Assembly: GCF_009914755.1 (NCBI RefSeq) | Contig: NC_060937.1 | DNA: 64,000 bases | Reading direction: 5' to 3' (one strand) | From: the human T2T-CHM13v2.0 reference genome, Homo sapiens | Shown here: positions 15,811 through 34,546 of the stretch, in pieces | How positions within the stretch are numbered: position 1 is the first letter of the stretch | Layout: every line of letters begins with the position of its first letter | The notes under the pieces: model-generated | Databases searched by the model: none | What the model was told of the DNA's origin: nothing | The model's input: the letters and a program-made list of their open reading frames with translations, nothing else | Position numbers and translations under genes: made by a program

Positions 15811-18654
15811 AATAATTAGTGGAGTATCACATTTAAGGCAGGGAGCATCAAATTATCATTCCCCAAAGGATTTTGAGGACAGAGAATGAAAGAAAAAAAT
15901 ATGTAGGTCAGGGGAGTGCAAAGAGGATGGGGTAAATAGGTCTTATTGCTCTTATTCAGGCTAATATGTAAGATAGCCATTTCTTCTCTGCTCAAAGTAG
16001 CTACTAATTGGTAAGAAAAAAAGTCAACTTGTTTTTGCAGAAAATTTTGGGAGAAGACAAAAATGGCAATTTATTTTACTTCCTGGCTTAGTCTAGTAAT
16101 GAGTATTAATATCTTTCTTCTTTCCTTCTAGTTTCTCTCTCCAGGGAAATGACTTTATCAGGTGGCATCATTATAAATGATATCATTAGAAACCAGATAT
16201 TTAAAATCTTTAATACATTTCTAAACCATTGCTGTGGCATTGCCTCTGGCTTTGTTTGAGTCTGTGCCATTAGCCTTTCATTACACCTCAGGTAGGAGAA
16301 GGTTGTGTTGGAGAGAAATAATTATGCTTATTCCCAAGCCCAGGGGATGGGACATTTGGTGGTAGGAATAAAAACAGGTCAGAAAACTAAGAAAGATGTC
16401 TAGGTAGAGTAGAGATTATTGTCCTACTTATTTCTTATTTCTGTTCATAAAAAAGAAATCAAGGGCCAAGTATGTCTTTGACTGAAGAAGGACTTCATCT
16501 TTGGAGAGCTGAAGAACTCCAGGTTGACTACCATGGGCAAAGGTTTAAGATGGGCCTGACATCCAATAGAGAATCTTCTACTTGGAAAATACTCCACAGA
16601 TATTTGCTGTGTTGGATAAATATGTCTACTAGAGACCGGCTTTGGTGCAGGTTGAAAGAGAGTACAGAAGAGTTAGACATCAGACTACCACACAGTCCAG
16701 GCTATCTCACCAGAGTAGAAAGGCAGAGATTTGTAACTAGACACCGTACATTGAAATAAAGATTGCCTATTTGATTGGTTTGAACCCTGGTATCTCATAA
16801 AGATGTCAATATCATAGTAGAGATTTGGCTAAGATACATTTCTAGTAGAGTCAAGGGAGAAACTCTAACATGATGTCTGATGCCAGCTCTCTGGTTTAGA
16901 ATGAAACGCTTTAGTAATTTACTAAATTGCTCCTAGGTTGAAAGAGCTAGTTTAACTTATTCACCTATTCTGAAACCATCTATTGTGTATTTACTATATG
17001 CTAAGCCTTGACAGTACTAAGATAAATAATATCTATTTCCTATCTTTTAAAGAATCATAGCATAGAAAGAGACAAAATCAGAGGTAGCCAGCCTCACTGA
17101 GATGTGATCAGTACCATAATGGAGACAAAAACCTGTGAGAACCTACATGAAGAAGGGAATAATATTGCATGGGGAGAGGAGGGAGCTGGGAAAGGTGAAT
17201 TGATGCATATACTTAACTTTCTGCCAGCCTGTAAATAATGGACAAGACTAAAATAGATCTGTCTTTTATTGTACTCTTCTTTACTTAAGTTGGGTCTATT
17301 GCTAGATGTTTTGGGGTTAGTAGGGCAGGAGCAGAGTGTAAGTAAGGGCAGATACATTTGGAATCTGATCACCTGACGCCTCCTAGGCCTGAACAGGAAC
17401 CTTGAATTAATATTGAGACCCAAAGCTCAGGACTTACTATGGATTTTTTCTCCCAGTTTTGGCACACATATCAGATGGTTTTTGGGTATGATGTACTCCA
17501 GACTCTCATGTCTCTCACATATCATCTCTCTCAACTCATAACAAGCAAAAAGACTGGGAGTGGGAGGATACTCCAGGGACAACTCAATTGGAGAAGGAGG
17601 CTCTGCTGCTTCACCAAGTCAGGGATACACTAGAGGATTGTCATAGGTCATTATGTCAATTATTACAGTTAACTTGTATTGATATGAAATATAAGTAAAT
17701 AGTAGCATGATTTGATGTTTGGGAAATAACTTCACTGTCTCCCTAAAAAGAGTTTGGTTGATATACTCTGCCTTTGCAGTGGGGAATTGGTGTTTATAGT
17801 TCCTCCTCCCTCTGAGACAAGTCAAGCCTCATAATATAGAAAAATGACAATATTATAAAATTAAAAGTCCATACATAAGTCAACAGACACTATCTAATGA
17901 AAGCACAGAAGAAAAATCTAGCCTCAGACATAGTTTATAGTTCTTTATATCTGATTTATTTATATCTTGTTATATTGACAGTATGATGTACTTCAGACTC
18001 TCATATCTGCCTCTTCCACCCTCCCATCTCAACACAAGGGTAGAGAGATACAAAAGGTGAAATAGTTGGGAGGAAGTGTGATCTGATTCATCAGCAGAAT
18101 CACAGATGCTTTAGTCTTGAAAAGCCCTTTCAACATGGCAGAAATTTCTGTGCTGTGATTCTGTCTTTGCTTTTTTGTAAAATGTCAGAATGGATGTCTA
18201 GTGGTGCAGTTGATACTGTGTTAGAACTAACTTCATGTCCTGCAGAGGCAGGCTCCCTGTTGGGAACACAAATCATTTGGGAAGACCTCCCTTCCACCAG
18301 AAACCCTAGGGGATGACTGATTCTTACAGGCATGGAGACACGAATCTCACTGCTCTTGCCAACTTTTTTTTCCTCAAAGCAAAACACCCAATTTCTGAGG
18401 AACTGAGTGAAGATGAGAACCAGGCAGTGGAAATCAGGTTCTGCAGCTATGTGCTGTCCTCTGCATGTTTGGAGGCGTGAGTGAAGTTTCCCTTTGGCCA
18501 TTTACAGAAAGACTTGAATTTAGGAGATAAAAGCATACTTCAAATCTTACATTTGGCTCAGCTATATCAGTAACTTAAAAGCAGATGCCCTTGCATACTT
18601 TCCTTGATTTTCAAGAATACAACAACAAATCAGAACAATCAGAGCTGGAATTAT

Positions 18655-18990
18655 GCAGCATTCATTCACTTAACTATTTATTCAACAAACATTAAAAGTT
18701 CTCTGTGTATCAAGCTGTGCTATTTCCTGGAGATATAGTAAGAGAAAATAGAATGAGGGACCCTGGCTTAGACAGAAATTGTCAGGGGACCCAGGCATGT
18801 GGTGGCTGAGAATTACCTAAAAAAGAGGTGAAGGACAGCAAAGGCAAAGAAGTCCAGGCAGAGGACCTGGTGAGGGGTCCAAGATGGAAAAGGGCATGGG
18901 GGATGGAAGAATGAAAGACCAGGATTCACTGGGGTGGCAAAAGCAAAAGCAAAAATGAGGCCATAGAGGGAGCTTAGCACACGACACTTC
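18655..18990 (-). mobile_element. L2 LINE 3' fragment
   Basis: 'cattcattcact...ttcaacaaacatt...tgtatcaagctgtgct...ggagata' L2 3' end pattern. Confidence 0.55.
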
Positions 18991-19159
18991 TATATACCTG
19001 GTTGATCATTTCAGTAGAAGAAAGTCATCTCCTCTAATCCACCTCTTTCACATCAGCTCTATCACTTGTATACACTTTTCCCCATACCCATTGACACTGC
19101 TCTGGTTTACCACTCCACTGTCTGCAGTGCAGTGAATTCTTGTTCTTTTCTTTTCTTTT

Positions 19160-19412
19160 TTTGGTTTTTAAAATCTTATTTATTTATTTACCAATACATA
19201 ATGTTTGTATATATTGATGGGATACATGTGATATTTTGTTCTATGCATAGAATGTGTAATGATCAATCGGGATATTTAGGTTATCCATTACTTTTATCAT
19301 TTGTTGTTTCTATGTGTTGGGAATGTCTCCAGTAGCTATTTTGAAATACACAATATATGGTTGTTAATTATAGTCACCCTACCCTGCTATTGAACATTAG
19401 AACTTACTCCTT
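19160..19412 (-). mobile_element. L1MA 3' end fragment
   Basis: 'gatacatgtgatattttg...atgcatagaatgtgtaatgatcaa...agctattttgaaatacacaata...tatagtcaccctac'. Confidence 0.8.
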
Positions 19413-19417
19413 TGATG

Positions 19418-20330
19418 GTTTTTAAAATTCTTTATTGAGATACAATTCACATCCCATTAAATTCACCCATTCAAAGTGCACAATTCAGTGGGTTTCAATA
19501 TATTCACAACATTGTGCGACCATCACCAAGATCAAAGTTTAGAATATTTTCATCACCTTGAGAAGAAGCTCTTTATGCATTAACAGTCAATCCCCTCTTT
19601 CCATAGCTACATCCTCTCCCAGCTCTAGGCAACTTCTAATCTACTTTCTATTTTGTCTGTGTAGATTTGCCTATCCTGCTCATTCCATATAAATGGAATC
19701 ATATAAAGTGTGGTCTTTCGTGACTGGCTTCTTTCACTTGGCATAACATTTTCAAGGGTCATCATGTTGTAGCTTGTGTCAGTAATTCACTACCTTATAT
19801 AGCTAAATAATATTCCATTGTAAGAATATAACACATTCTTTTTATCTGTGAATCACTTGGACATTTGGGATTGCTTCCACTTTTGAATCATGCTGCTATG
19901 AACATTTGTGACACATTATTGTGTACACATATTTTTATTTATCTTGGATATATACCAAGGAAGAAAATTGGTGGGTAATATGGTAATCTTTTTATGTTTA
20001 ACCTTTCTGACAAGCTGCCAAACTCTGTTCAAAAGAGTCTTCACTGGCTTTCTCTTCCCAACAACAATGAATGAGTGTTCCAATTTCTTTACCTCTTTAC
20101 TGGCACTTGTTGTTGTCTGTCTTTTTGAGTATATATCATTGAAGGGTAATGAAGATAAATCATGAAGATAAATTGTAAAACCTCTTATGGTTTGATTTGC
20201 ACTTCCCTAATAACTAGTGATGCTGAACATCTTTTCGTGTGCTTGTTTTATGTGCATTTGCGTATCTTCTTTGGAGAAGTGTCTGTTCAAATCCTTTGCT
20301 CATTTTAAACTGGATTATTAGTCTTATTAT
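19418..20330 (-). mobile_element. L1MB 3' region, interrupted by L1PA15/16; resumes ~24285-24720
   Basis: 'ttattgagatacaattcaca...aagtgcacaattcagtgg'; continuation 'tttttattattgagttgtaagagttcttt' at ~24290. Confidence 0.85.
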
Positions 20331-24268
<3,938 letters not shown>

Positions 24269-24789
24269 AACAACAACAACAAACTAATCTTTTTATTATT
24301 GAGTTGTAAGAGTTCTTTGTAAATTCTGGATATAAGTCCCTTATTAGATATATAACTTGCAAATATTTTCTCCCATTCTGTTAGTTCTCTTTTTGCTCTC
24401 TTGATGGTTTTGTTTATTGTACAAAACTTTTAAAATTGTAATGTAGTTCAATTTATCTAATTTTTTTTTTGGTCATTTTGGCTCTTGGTGTCATGTCTAA
24501 AAATCATTGCCTAACCCAATGTCATGAATATATATTCTTATATTTTCCTGTAAAAGCTTTATTTTAGTGCCTACATTTAGGCTTATAATCAATTTTCAGT
24601 TAATTTTTGTTTTAATATAAAACTGGGTTTAACTTCCTTCTTCTGAATATGTACATTTGTCCCAGTACCATTTGTTGAATAGAGAGTTCTTTCTCCATTG
24701 CTTAATTTTTCCCTTGCTGAAATTGTAATGACACACTTTATTCCTGAACTTTGAATTTTTGTTTGGAACAAGAATATAAATTTCTGCAA

Positions 24790-24872
24790 AAAAAGCCAAT
24801 TAAACCTCTTTTCTTTATAAATTACCCAGTTTTAGGTATTTCTTTATAGCAGTGCGAGAACAGACTAATACA
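24790..24872 (+). mobile_element. MaLR (MST/THE1-like) LTR 3' terminal fragment
   Basis: 'agccaattaaacctcttttctttataaattacccag...ggtatttctttatagcagtgcgagaacagactaataca'. Confidence 0.85.
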
Positions 24873-25985
24873 ATTAGTGATGCTGAGCATTTTTTTCATA
24901 TGCTTGTTGACTCCATGTATGTCTTCTTTTGAAAAGTGTCTGTGCATGTACTTTGCCCACTTTTTAATGGAATTGCTTGTTTTTTGCTTATAAATATGTT
25001 TAAGTTCCTTATAGATTCTGGATATTTGACCTTTGTCAGAGGCATAGTTTGTAAATACATTCTCCCATTCCGTAGGTTGTCTATTTACTTTGTTGATAGT
25101 TTCTTTTGCTGTGCAGAAGCTCTTTAGTTTAATCAGGTCCCATTTGTCAATTTTTGTTTTTGTTGCAATTGCTTTTGGAGTCTTCAACATAAAATATTTG
25201 CCAGGGCCTAGGTCCAGGATCATATTTCCTAGGTTATCTTCCAGGGGTTTTATAGTTTTAGGTTTTATATTTAAGTCTTTAATTCATCTTGATTTTTGTG
25301 TAAGGAAGGGATTCAGTTTCAGTCTTTTGTATATGGCTAGCCAGTTATCCCAGCACCATTTATGGAATAGAGAGTTCTTTCCCCATTGCTTATTTTTGTT
25401 GGTTTTGTCAATGATCTGATGGTTGTAGGTATGCGGCATTATTTCTGGGCTCTCTATTCTGTTCCATTGGTCCATGTGTCTATTTTGGTACCAGTACCAT
25501 GCTGTTCTGGTTACTGAAGCCTTGTAGTATAGTTCGAAGTTGGGTAATGTGAGGCCTCCAGCTTTGTTCCTTTTGCTTACTATTGCTTTAGCTATTTGGG
25601 CTCTTTTTCAGTTCCATATGAATTTTAAAATAGTTTTTTTCTAATTCCTTGAAGAATGTCTTTGGTGGTTTGACAGGAATGGCATTGAATGTACAAATTG
25701 CTTTGTACAGTATGGTTATTTTAACAATATTGACTATTCTTATCCATGGGCATGGAATTTTTTAAAAATTTGTTTGTGTCATTTTTAATATTTTTGTGCA
25801 GTGTTCTGTAATTCTCTTTCACCTCCTTGGTTAACTGTATTCCGAGGTATTTTATTCTTTTGTAGCTATTGTGAATGGGGTTGTGTTCCTGATTTGGCTC
25901 TCAGCTTGGATGTTGTTGGTGTATAGGAATGCTACTGATTTTTGTACATTGATTTTGTATCCTGAAACTTTGCTGAAGTTATCAG
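24873..25985 (-). mobile_element. L1PA/L1PB ORF2 internal fragment
   Basis: ORFs '[29 protein letters not shown]' and '[12 protein letters not shown]'. Confidence 0.9.
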
Positions 25986-25989
25986 TTAA

Positions 25990-26300
25990 TTTTTCTTTAA
26001 ATGGTAGAATTTAATAGTGAAGCCATTTGGATCTAGGCTTTACTTTGTTGGAAACTTTTAAATTATTAATTAACCTCTTTACTTGTTATAGCTTTATTCA
26101 GATTTGCTATTTCTTCTTGAGTTAGTTTTGGTAGTTTATGTTTTTCTAGAATTTATTCACTTCATTTAAGTTACTAATTTGTTAGAATATAATTCTTCAT
26201 AGTATTCCCATATATTTTTAAATTCCTGTTAGATTTGTTGTAATGGCTCCTCTTTTATTTCTGAATTTAGGAATTTGAGTCTTCTCTTTTTTCTTGCAGT
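25990..26300 (-). mobile_element. L1M ORF2 fragment
   Basis: 'tagtgaagccatttggatctagg...ttcttgagttagttttggtagttt'. Confidence 0.7.
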
Positions 26301-26339
26301 AGCATATTTACTTGTCTCTCAGTTTCTACTTTTATTGCT

Positions 26340-27330
26340 TTCCACCTATTCGTCATGCAGCACACAGAACGTTTTAAAAATGCAAATCAGATCATGCTAT
26401 TTCCTGCTCACAAACTTTAATGATCATATATTTAATTAGGATAAAATAAAAGCTTCCTGTCTCGGCTTACAAGGTCATAGAAAATCTGACCCTTGATTTG
26501 CTTTCAAACTTTATCTTGTGCCAACTTTGTAACTGTAATAGGTCTGTTGCTCAATGCACATGGCAAGTCAGTACGTTGAGACACTGGGTTGCAGTACAGA
26601 AAGAGATGTAATCGTAGGGCTGTTCAGTGAGGAGATGGGAAGAAACCTGAAATCTATCTCCCTAAGAAGTTTGGGGAAAGGTTTTTAAGAGTTTTGAAAT
26701 GGGCTGAAGTGTGGAGATCATTGATTGGCTAAAGAATGCAGGGTAGAGTCATGAGGCAGGGAGATGAAGAGTCTGTGTTCTCATGTTAATTCTGTTCCTA
26801 TGTGAGAGTCTTCAAGCTGGTTGGTGCCAGCTGTTTCACTGGAAAGCATTTTAAGTAATCTTAAACAGAAGTCATATAATTCTAAGGTGGAAATCCTATC
26901 TATAGAACAATGGGGATGCACATGGTCAGTATCTGGTACTATGTTTGGTTAAAAGCAAGTGGGTCAAAGTGCAGCCTGATTAATGCTTAATTATAACTAC
27001 ATTTCTGTCTGGAATTCTTGTGAACCCTGTGAGGGTGGCTTCAATTTCGGTACATTCAATATGCTTCTGCCAATACTAGCTGCTTTTCTGGTTCTTAAAT
27101 ATGCTGAATTCTTTCTTCTCCTTGGGCCCTTGCATATATTGTTATTTCTATGTGAAATTCCCCCCATCCCTCAAACTGGGTAAATTATGCTAACAATTTT
27201 GGTCTAGTTTAACTATTACTTCACAAAGAGACTACCAAACCCTTTATGTTACTCTATTGTAATTCACTCACAACTTATAATTATATATTGTGGGGTTATT
27301 TTGTTTAATATTTACTGAAATTATGAGAAT
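26340..27330 (+). mobile_element. L2 LINE fragment split by an LTR
   Basis: 'ttaaaaatgcaaatcagatcatg', 'ggcttacaagg', 'gggcccttgcata' L2 motifs flank the LTR. Confidence 0.6.
26528..27043 (-). mobile_element. ERV1-class solo LTR (LTR26-like)
   Basis: TG...CA termini; minus strand begins 'tgaagccaccctcacagggttcacaagaattccagacagaaatgtagttataattaagcattaatcaggctgcactttg'; approximate 4-bp TSD actt/attt. Confidence 0.7.
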
Positions 27331-29002
27331 ATGGCTCATGCTATTATTATATAGCCAATTTCAGGATATTATCTACGTTAGGGAAATTTCAATGTATGAA
27401 AAATATTTGCTGATAGGTTTTTAATAATACAGATAATTTAATTGATCTTGTAAAATAACACCCTATTTCTGGTGCTTTAAGAAAATACCTGGATATGACC
27501 TATATCGCCCAATACATGTCTAAAAGAGAGAGTGTTAGAAACCAAGACAATTGTTCAGGTCCTTTAACTACTGCCCCTTGTTTCCTCGCTAGTGTAATTT
27601 ACAAATGATATACCAGTACAAATAAAGGATGTGGCAAGTTTAGGAACTTTGGAATTTTGTTTACATACTTTCTTACTTTTGTTTTTTGAAAAATTCCTTT
27701 CCATTTTCCACTGACCAAGTGATTCATAATGTTATCCCAGAAAAAATACACTGTACTCTTGCTTCCTGATGCTTAAACTGAAAATTAGAGATAGTATTTT
27801 GGCATCTGAGTAAACATAATATAGTTATTTAAATTGATATGCCAATTTTCACACTTATGCTCCCATTTACAAATAATGACTTGCAGATGAAAGTCAATTC
27901 TTAAATATTTTGAGTTTTCTGCATATTTTAATCTCATAGCTGAGATTCAAGTATAACAGTCTTCAGTTGGAAGTACTTGGTGGAGTGGGCATATATATGG
28001 AAGCTGATTTTATATTTAAAATACTTACTCTTAAGTAGCCCACTTTTCGCCAAGAAAATATGGTTATGAGAGTAGATCCTGATGATTCTAGAACAGAGGT
28101 GAATAAATATTTGAAATAAAGCCCAAATATGTTTTATATGTTTACTTATGAGACTGAAAGAAATATTTAAAAAGTTCTAGTCTTTCTTGTCTATCTATAA
28201 GAGATCAAGAAAGTCATTTATTTTCTTGTCTTAGTTTCTCTACCTAAAAACGGAATCCACAAGATTGTCACTTGGTTCCATATTGTCTGTGAAAACACTG
28301 AAAGCAGAGAATCCTCCCTATTTGTGTTTATTCCTAGGCCTCTTAATTCCATGGCAAAATTTATTAACCTTCTGTATTTTCCTGTATTCCCTAAGGAAAA
28401 AAATGTAGATTTCCCAACTTCACTGAAAATATTTCATCTCCCTAATGTTGACTACATTTAAAAAGTATTCTTACATAATAGGCATTTTAATATATGTAAT
28501 CTTGAATCTTTAGAACAACATGCAATATAAGTATTTATATTCCTATTTTAATATGAAAAACCAAAGACTGGAGAGATTAAGGAATTTTTCCAAGTTTAAA
28601 GCCAATAAAAATTAAAGCAAAAGTTAAATGTAGGTTTATATTTAACCAAAGCCTTTTTTAAAAAAAATAGATATTCTATTTTCTTTATGGGACTTTGTGA
28701 GTCTGAAAGGCAAAAATATGATTAGCAGGTGGTGAATTCTAAGAAGGAATCTATTAATGTGTTTTATTTGTAGAAAGGATGGGAACTATGTGCTTTGTTT
28801 TGTTCTCAGTGTACTTTGAGAAATTTACTTTGGTTATAAATTCATAAATAATCTGTAACTCATTTTGGTGGACTATGAAAGCTAACCTCATGTCTTTTCT
28901 TTGGAAGGTTCATTGTAACCATAGATAAATTATTTCACTTACCTTTGTCTTAATTAAAGGAAAAATGATTCTAGGTCAAAAGCTACAAGAAAGCAGGGCT
29001 AG

Positions 29003-29310
<308 letters not shown>

Positions 29311-29815
29311 TTAGAAACAGTTTTAAATTGCTTATGGATGCTTTTGAGTATTAATGCCAGTAAAGCAATGAGGAAGACATTTGTCATTTAGTCCACACAG
29401 CATTTGAACTATTTTCCGCTTCAAAGAGGTTTCTCTTTTTGAATGGTATAGACACTATCTCTCTAATAAAAGCTGAGATTGTTAAACACTCACTTTCCCT
29501 TGTAGCTCTACTATCACAGCCACTTGTGAAAGACTTTGAGATGAAAAGCCAAAAGAAGCAATAGTGAATTCTTTCTCATCACAGTGACAGTAGAAGTGTT
29601 TGCAATGTCAAGTTCACAATACAGAATGGGCATCAAGTCTGGTGGCATTCACAGCTGGAATAAAATTGTATTCCTGGTAGAGAATTTGCCCCACTGAAAG
29701 TTGTAGTATTCAGTGTTTGGTGGTGAAGGTAAAGGTATCCTTACCAGTCCAGGACTGGTAAGGATATCAAATTAAATTAATAATATGCTTTACCAGGGAG
29801 AAGATTTTTACAATA

Positions 29816-29907
29816 CAGTTCTGACTTAAGATGGTTTGACTCAAAAGTTCTCAACTTTATAATAAGTTTATCTTGACGTCACCCCATTGTAAGTGGAGAA
29901 ACATCTG
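29816..29907 (-). mobile_element. Very short MER47/Tigger-like MITE
   Basis: TA-flanked; minus strand 'cagatgtttctccacttacaatggggtgacgtcaagataaac' resembles the MER47 terminus. Confidence 0.65.
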
Positions 29908-29909
29908 TA

Positions 29910-31713
<1,804 letters not shown>

Positions 31714-31765
31714 TCTGAAACAATAGTATAAGTTGTTCATAGATACATTTATATCCAGTTAATAA

Positions 31766-32146
<381 letters not shown>

Positions 32147-33234
32147 TTATTCTTTAAAAATAAACGGAGAATAAATTGAAGAAATACGAAAAATGTTCAT
32201 ATCTGCTTAATCTTGATTGTGGGTGCACAGATGTCTGTTACAGTACTTTTCATGTTGAAAACATTTCAAAGTTGAAAATTAAGGAAAAACTGTTTTAGGT
32301 ACTTTAGCTAAAATGAATCTGTGATGTTAAGCTCATTATTAACATAACTCTAAAGGCCTTATATTACTAGACAGTTAGAAACTAATTCTGATGGTTTTAT
32401 TTTTATCATTACTCTCTACTTGAAAGAGTACACTTATTAAGTATGTGGTGATTAAAATATATTTAAATTTATTATGTATAAAAATAAATATGTAGAGATA
32501 ACATACATATGACATACACATACATATATGTTTGTTATTTCTGATGTTTGCTTGTTTTAGATAGTAGACAGAGTTGAGAATTTTTTTTAAAGAAATCTGG
32601 GTTTGGATTTTGGTACTTAATCTCTTTGAGACTTAGCTTTACTTTATTCCTCCCCAAATTTTCTCCAACCTGATTTAAGATACACTTCTTAACTCAATAT
32701 GTTGCTTAAGTCACTGGAGACTCAGTGTTTTTATATATAAAATTTTAATACTATTAACAATTTATTTAGATGTTTATAAGCATTAAATAATATCATGTAT
32801 GTAAAAATTCTTTGTAAACTCCAAAAAGCTGTATTTAAGATAGATATTGACATTTCTTTAATTTCTGCTTTCAATGCCCCAGACTAAAAACCAAGAGATT
32901 AATACATACTTCTGTATTATTCATTGAGTGCCTAATGCACAAAGTACAAAATTCATTGCGGTCATTTTATCAAAATGAAAGAAAAGTAGACATTACTCAA
33001 TATTTTTGTCTGTGGAAAGTCATGCCTGTGATCCCAAATGGGGAACTGGCTTGTGTGATTCTTTTTGTTTTTCTGCCCTCTAGAAAGAACCCATGGACTT
33101 TTTGAGAGCAAAATCAACCTCAGATCCTGCTTTGGTAACATACATTCCAAAAACGGAATGATTTCCTAGCAAACTCCAGGATTGAGAAAAAAAAAGTTCT
33201 TTGACATTTCTGAGTCCCATAGTAATATCATAAT

Positions 33235-34546
33235 AGTATTTCTTTTAGTGTGGGTCTTTTGGTGACATATTCTCTTAGCTTTATTTTGCTTTCATTTTTG
33301 AAGGATCATTCTGCTAAATAATAAGTTCTAGGTTAGCATGTTTTTCTTTCAGCATTAATGATACCATTTCATTATCTTCGAGATTCATTAGTGGCATTGA
33401 AAAGTTAGCTGCTAGTCTTACCGTTGCTCTTCTGGAGATAGGGTGTCTTTTTTTTTTTCTCTGATTGCTTTGTTTATCTGTCTTAGGTTTTCAGCAATTT
33501 GGCTATCATTGGCTTGGTTTGTTTTTCTTTGTACTTATAGTGCCAGAGGCTTGCTGAGCTTCTTGAATTTCTGTGTTACTGTTATTTATTGGCTTTGGAA
33601 AAAGTCTTGGCTATTATCTCTTCAAATATAGCTTCTGCTTTCCACTCCTTCTTGTCTTTAGTTTACACGTATATTAGCTTTTGACCATGTTTCACGTGTC
33701 TTATGCTCTCTCTCTGTTTCTCTCCCCCTGCACCCCGTCCTGCTTCAGGTTGCATATTTTCTATTAACCTGTCTGAATTTGTTAATCCTTTTTCTGTGTT
33801 TAATTTTCTGTTACGCACTTCTGCTCAGTTCTTAATTTCAGATGATATGTTTTTCAAATCCAGAAAGTCCATTTGATGATATTATTCTGCCGGAGATGGT
33901 TCTTCCTTCACTTTGTTAGGCGGATAATGAGAGGAACTGATTATCTCAATCCAATCCACTATTCATCTGGGTTGGTTTTGGGTTGCAATTTTAGGAAGAC
34001 TCAGCCAACTTGTGGTTTGACTCTGTTCCTTGGGATGTTTCCCTCCCAGGTTTGTGACTGATAGCCTGTGAAGTCTCCATCTTTTCGATCCTGAATACCT
34101 GGGAGATTCAGTTCTACCTTTCAGGTTTTCTGGGTGTAATTGATTCCCAATCACTTCAAAATCAGGCAAAGGTATTGAGGGGAAAACCAATGGAGTGTTG
34201 GAAGCAGGCTCCCTCTTTCTAGAGGACTTGTCTTCTTGGTACCATGAGACTGTGGGAAGCTTTGTTTCCAGCCTAGAACACCAGGCTCTTGTGCTACTCC
34301 AGAACTAAAAAATATCCCTTAGGGAAAATCATATCATGAGTTCTGAGTTATTCTAGTTTCTAACACATCATTCCAGTCCATGTGAACTTCAAAGGTTCCA
34401 CTGATGTCCTTTCCTCAGTAGAATCCCTCTACCTAATTGAAACTGGATTCTCAGCCTGCTCTGATTGTCAGCAGACTCCTACCTGCTGCAGTGGGACCTA
34501 CTGCAGTGGGTCTGGTACCACCTACTCCATTCTCCTCAGAAGTGGA
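33235..34546 (-). mobile_element. Ancient L1M 5' region (ORF1/5'UTR)
   Basis: 'tttcatttttgaaggat...ttctaggttagca...ttctttcagca', 'ctattatctcttcaaatatagcttctg'. Confidence 0.6.

Noticed and set aside
16110-16297. Polypyrimidine acceptor (~16144) and CAG|GTAGGA donor (~16291) outlining a possible ~148-bp exon
   Set aside because: The best frame hits a stop before the donor, such sites are common by chance, and no transcript evidence is available.
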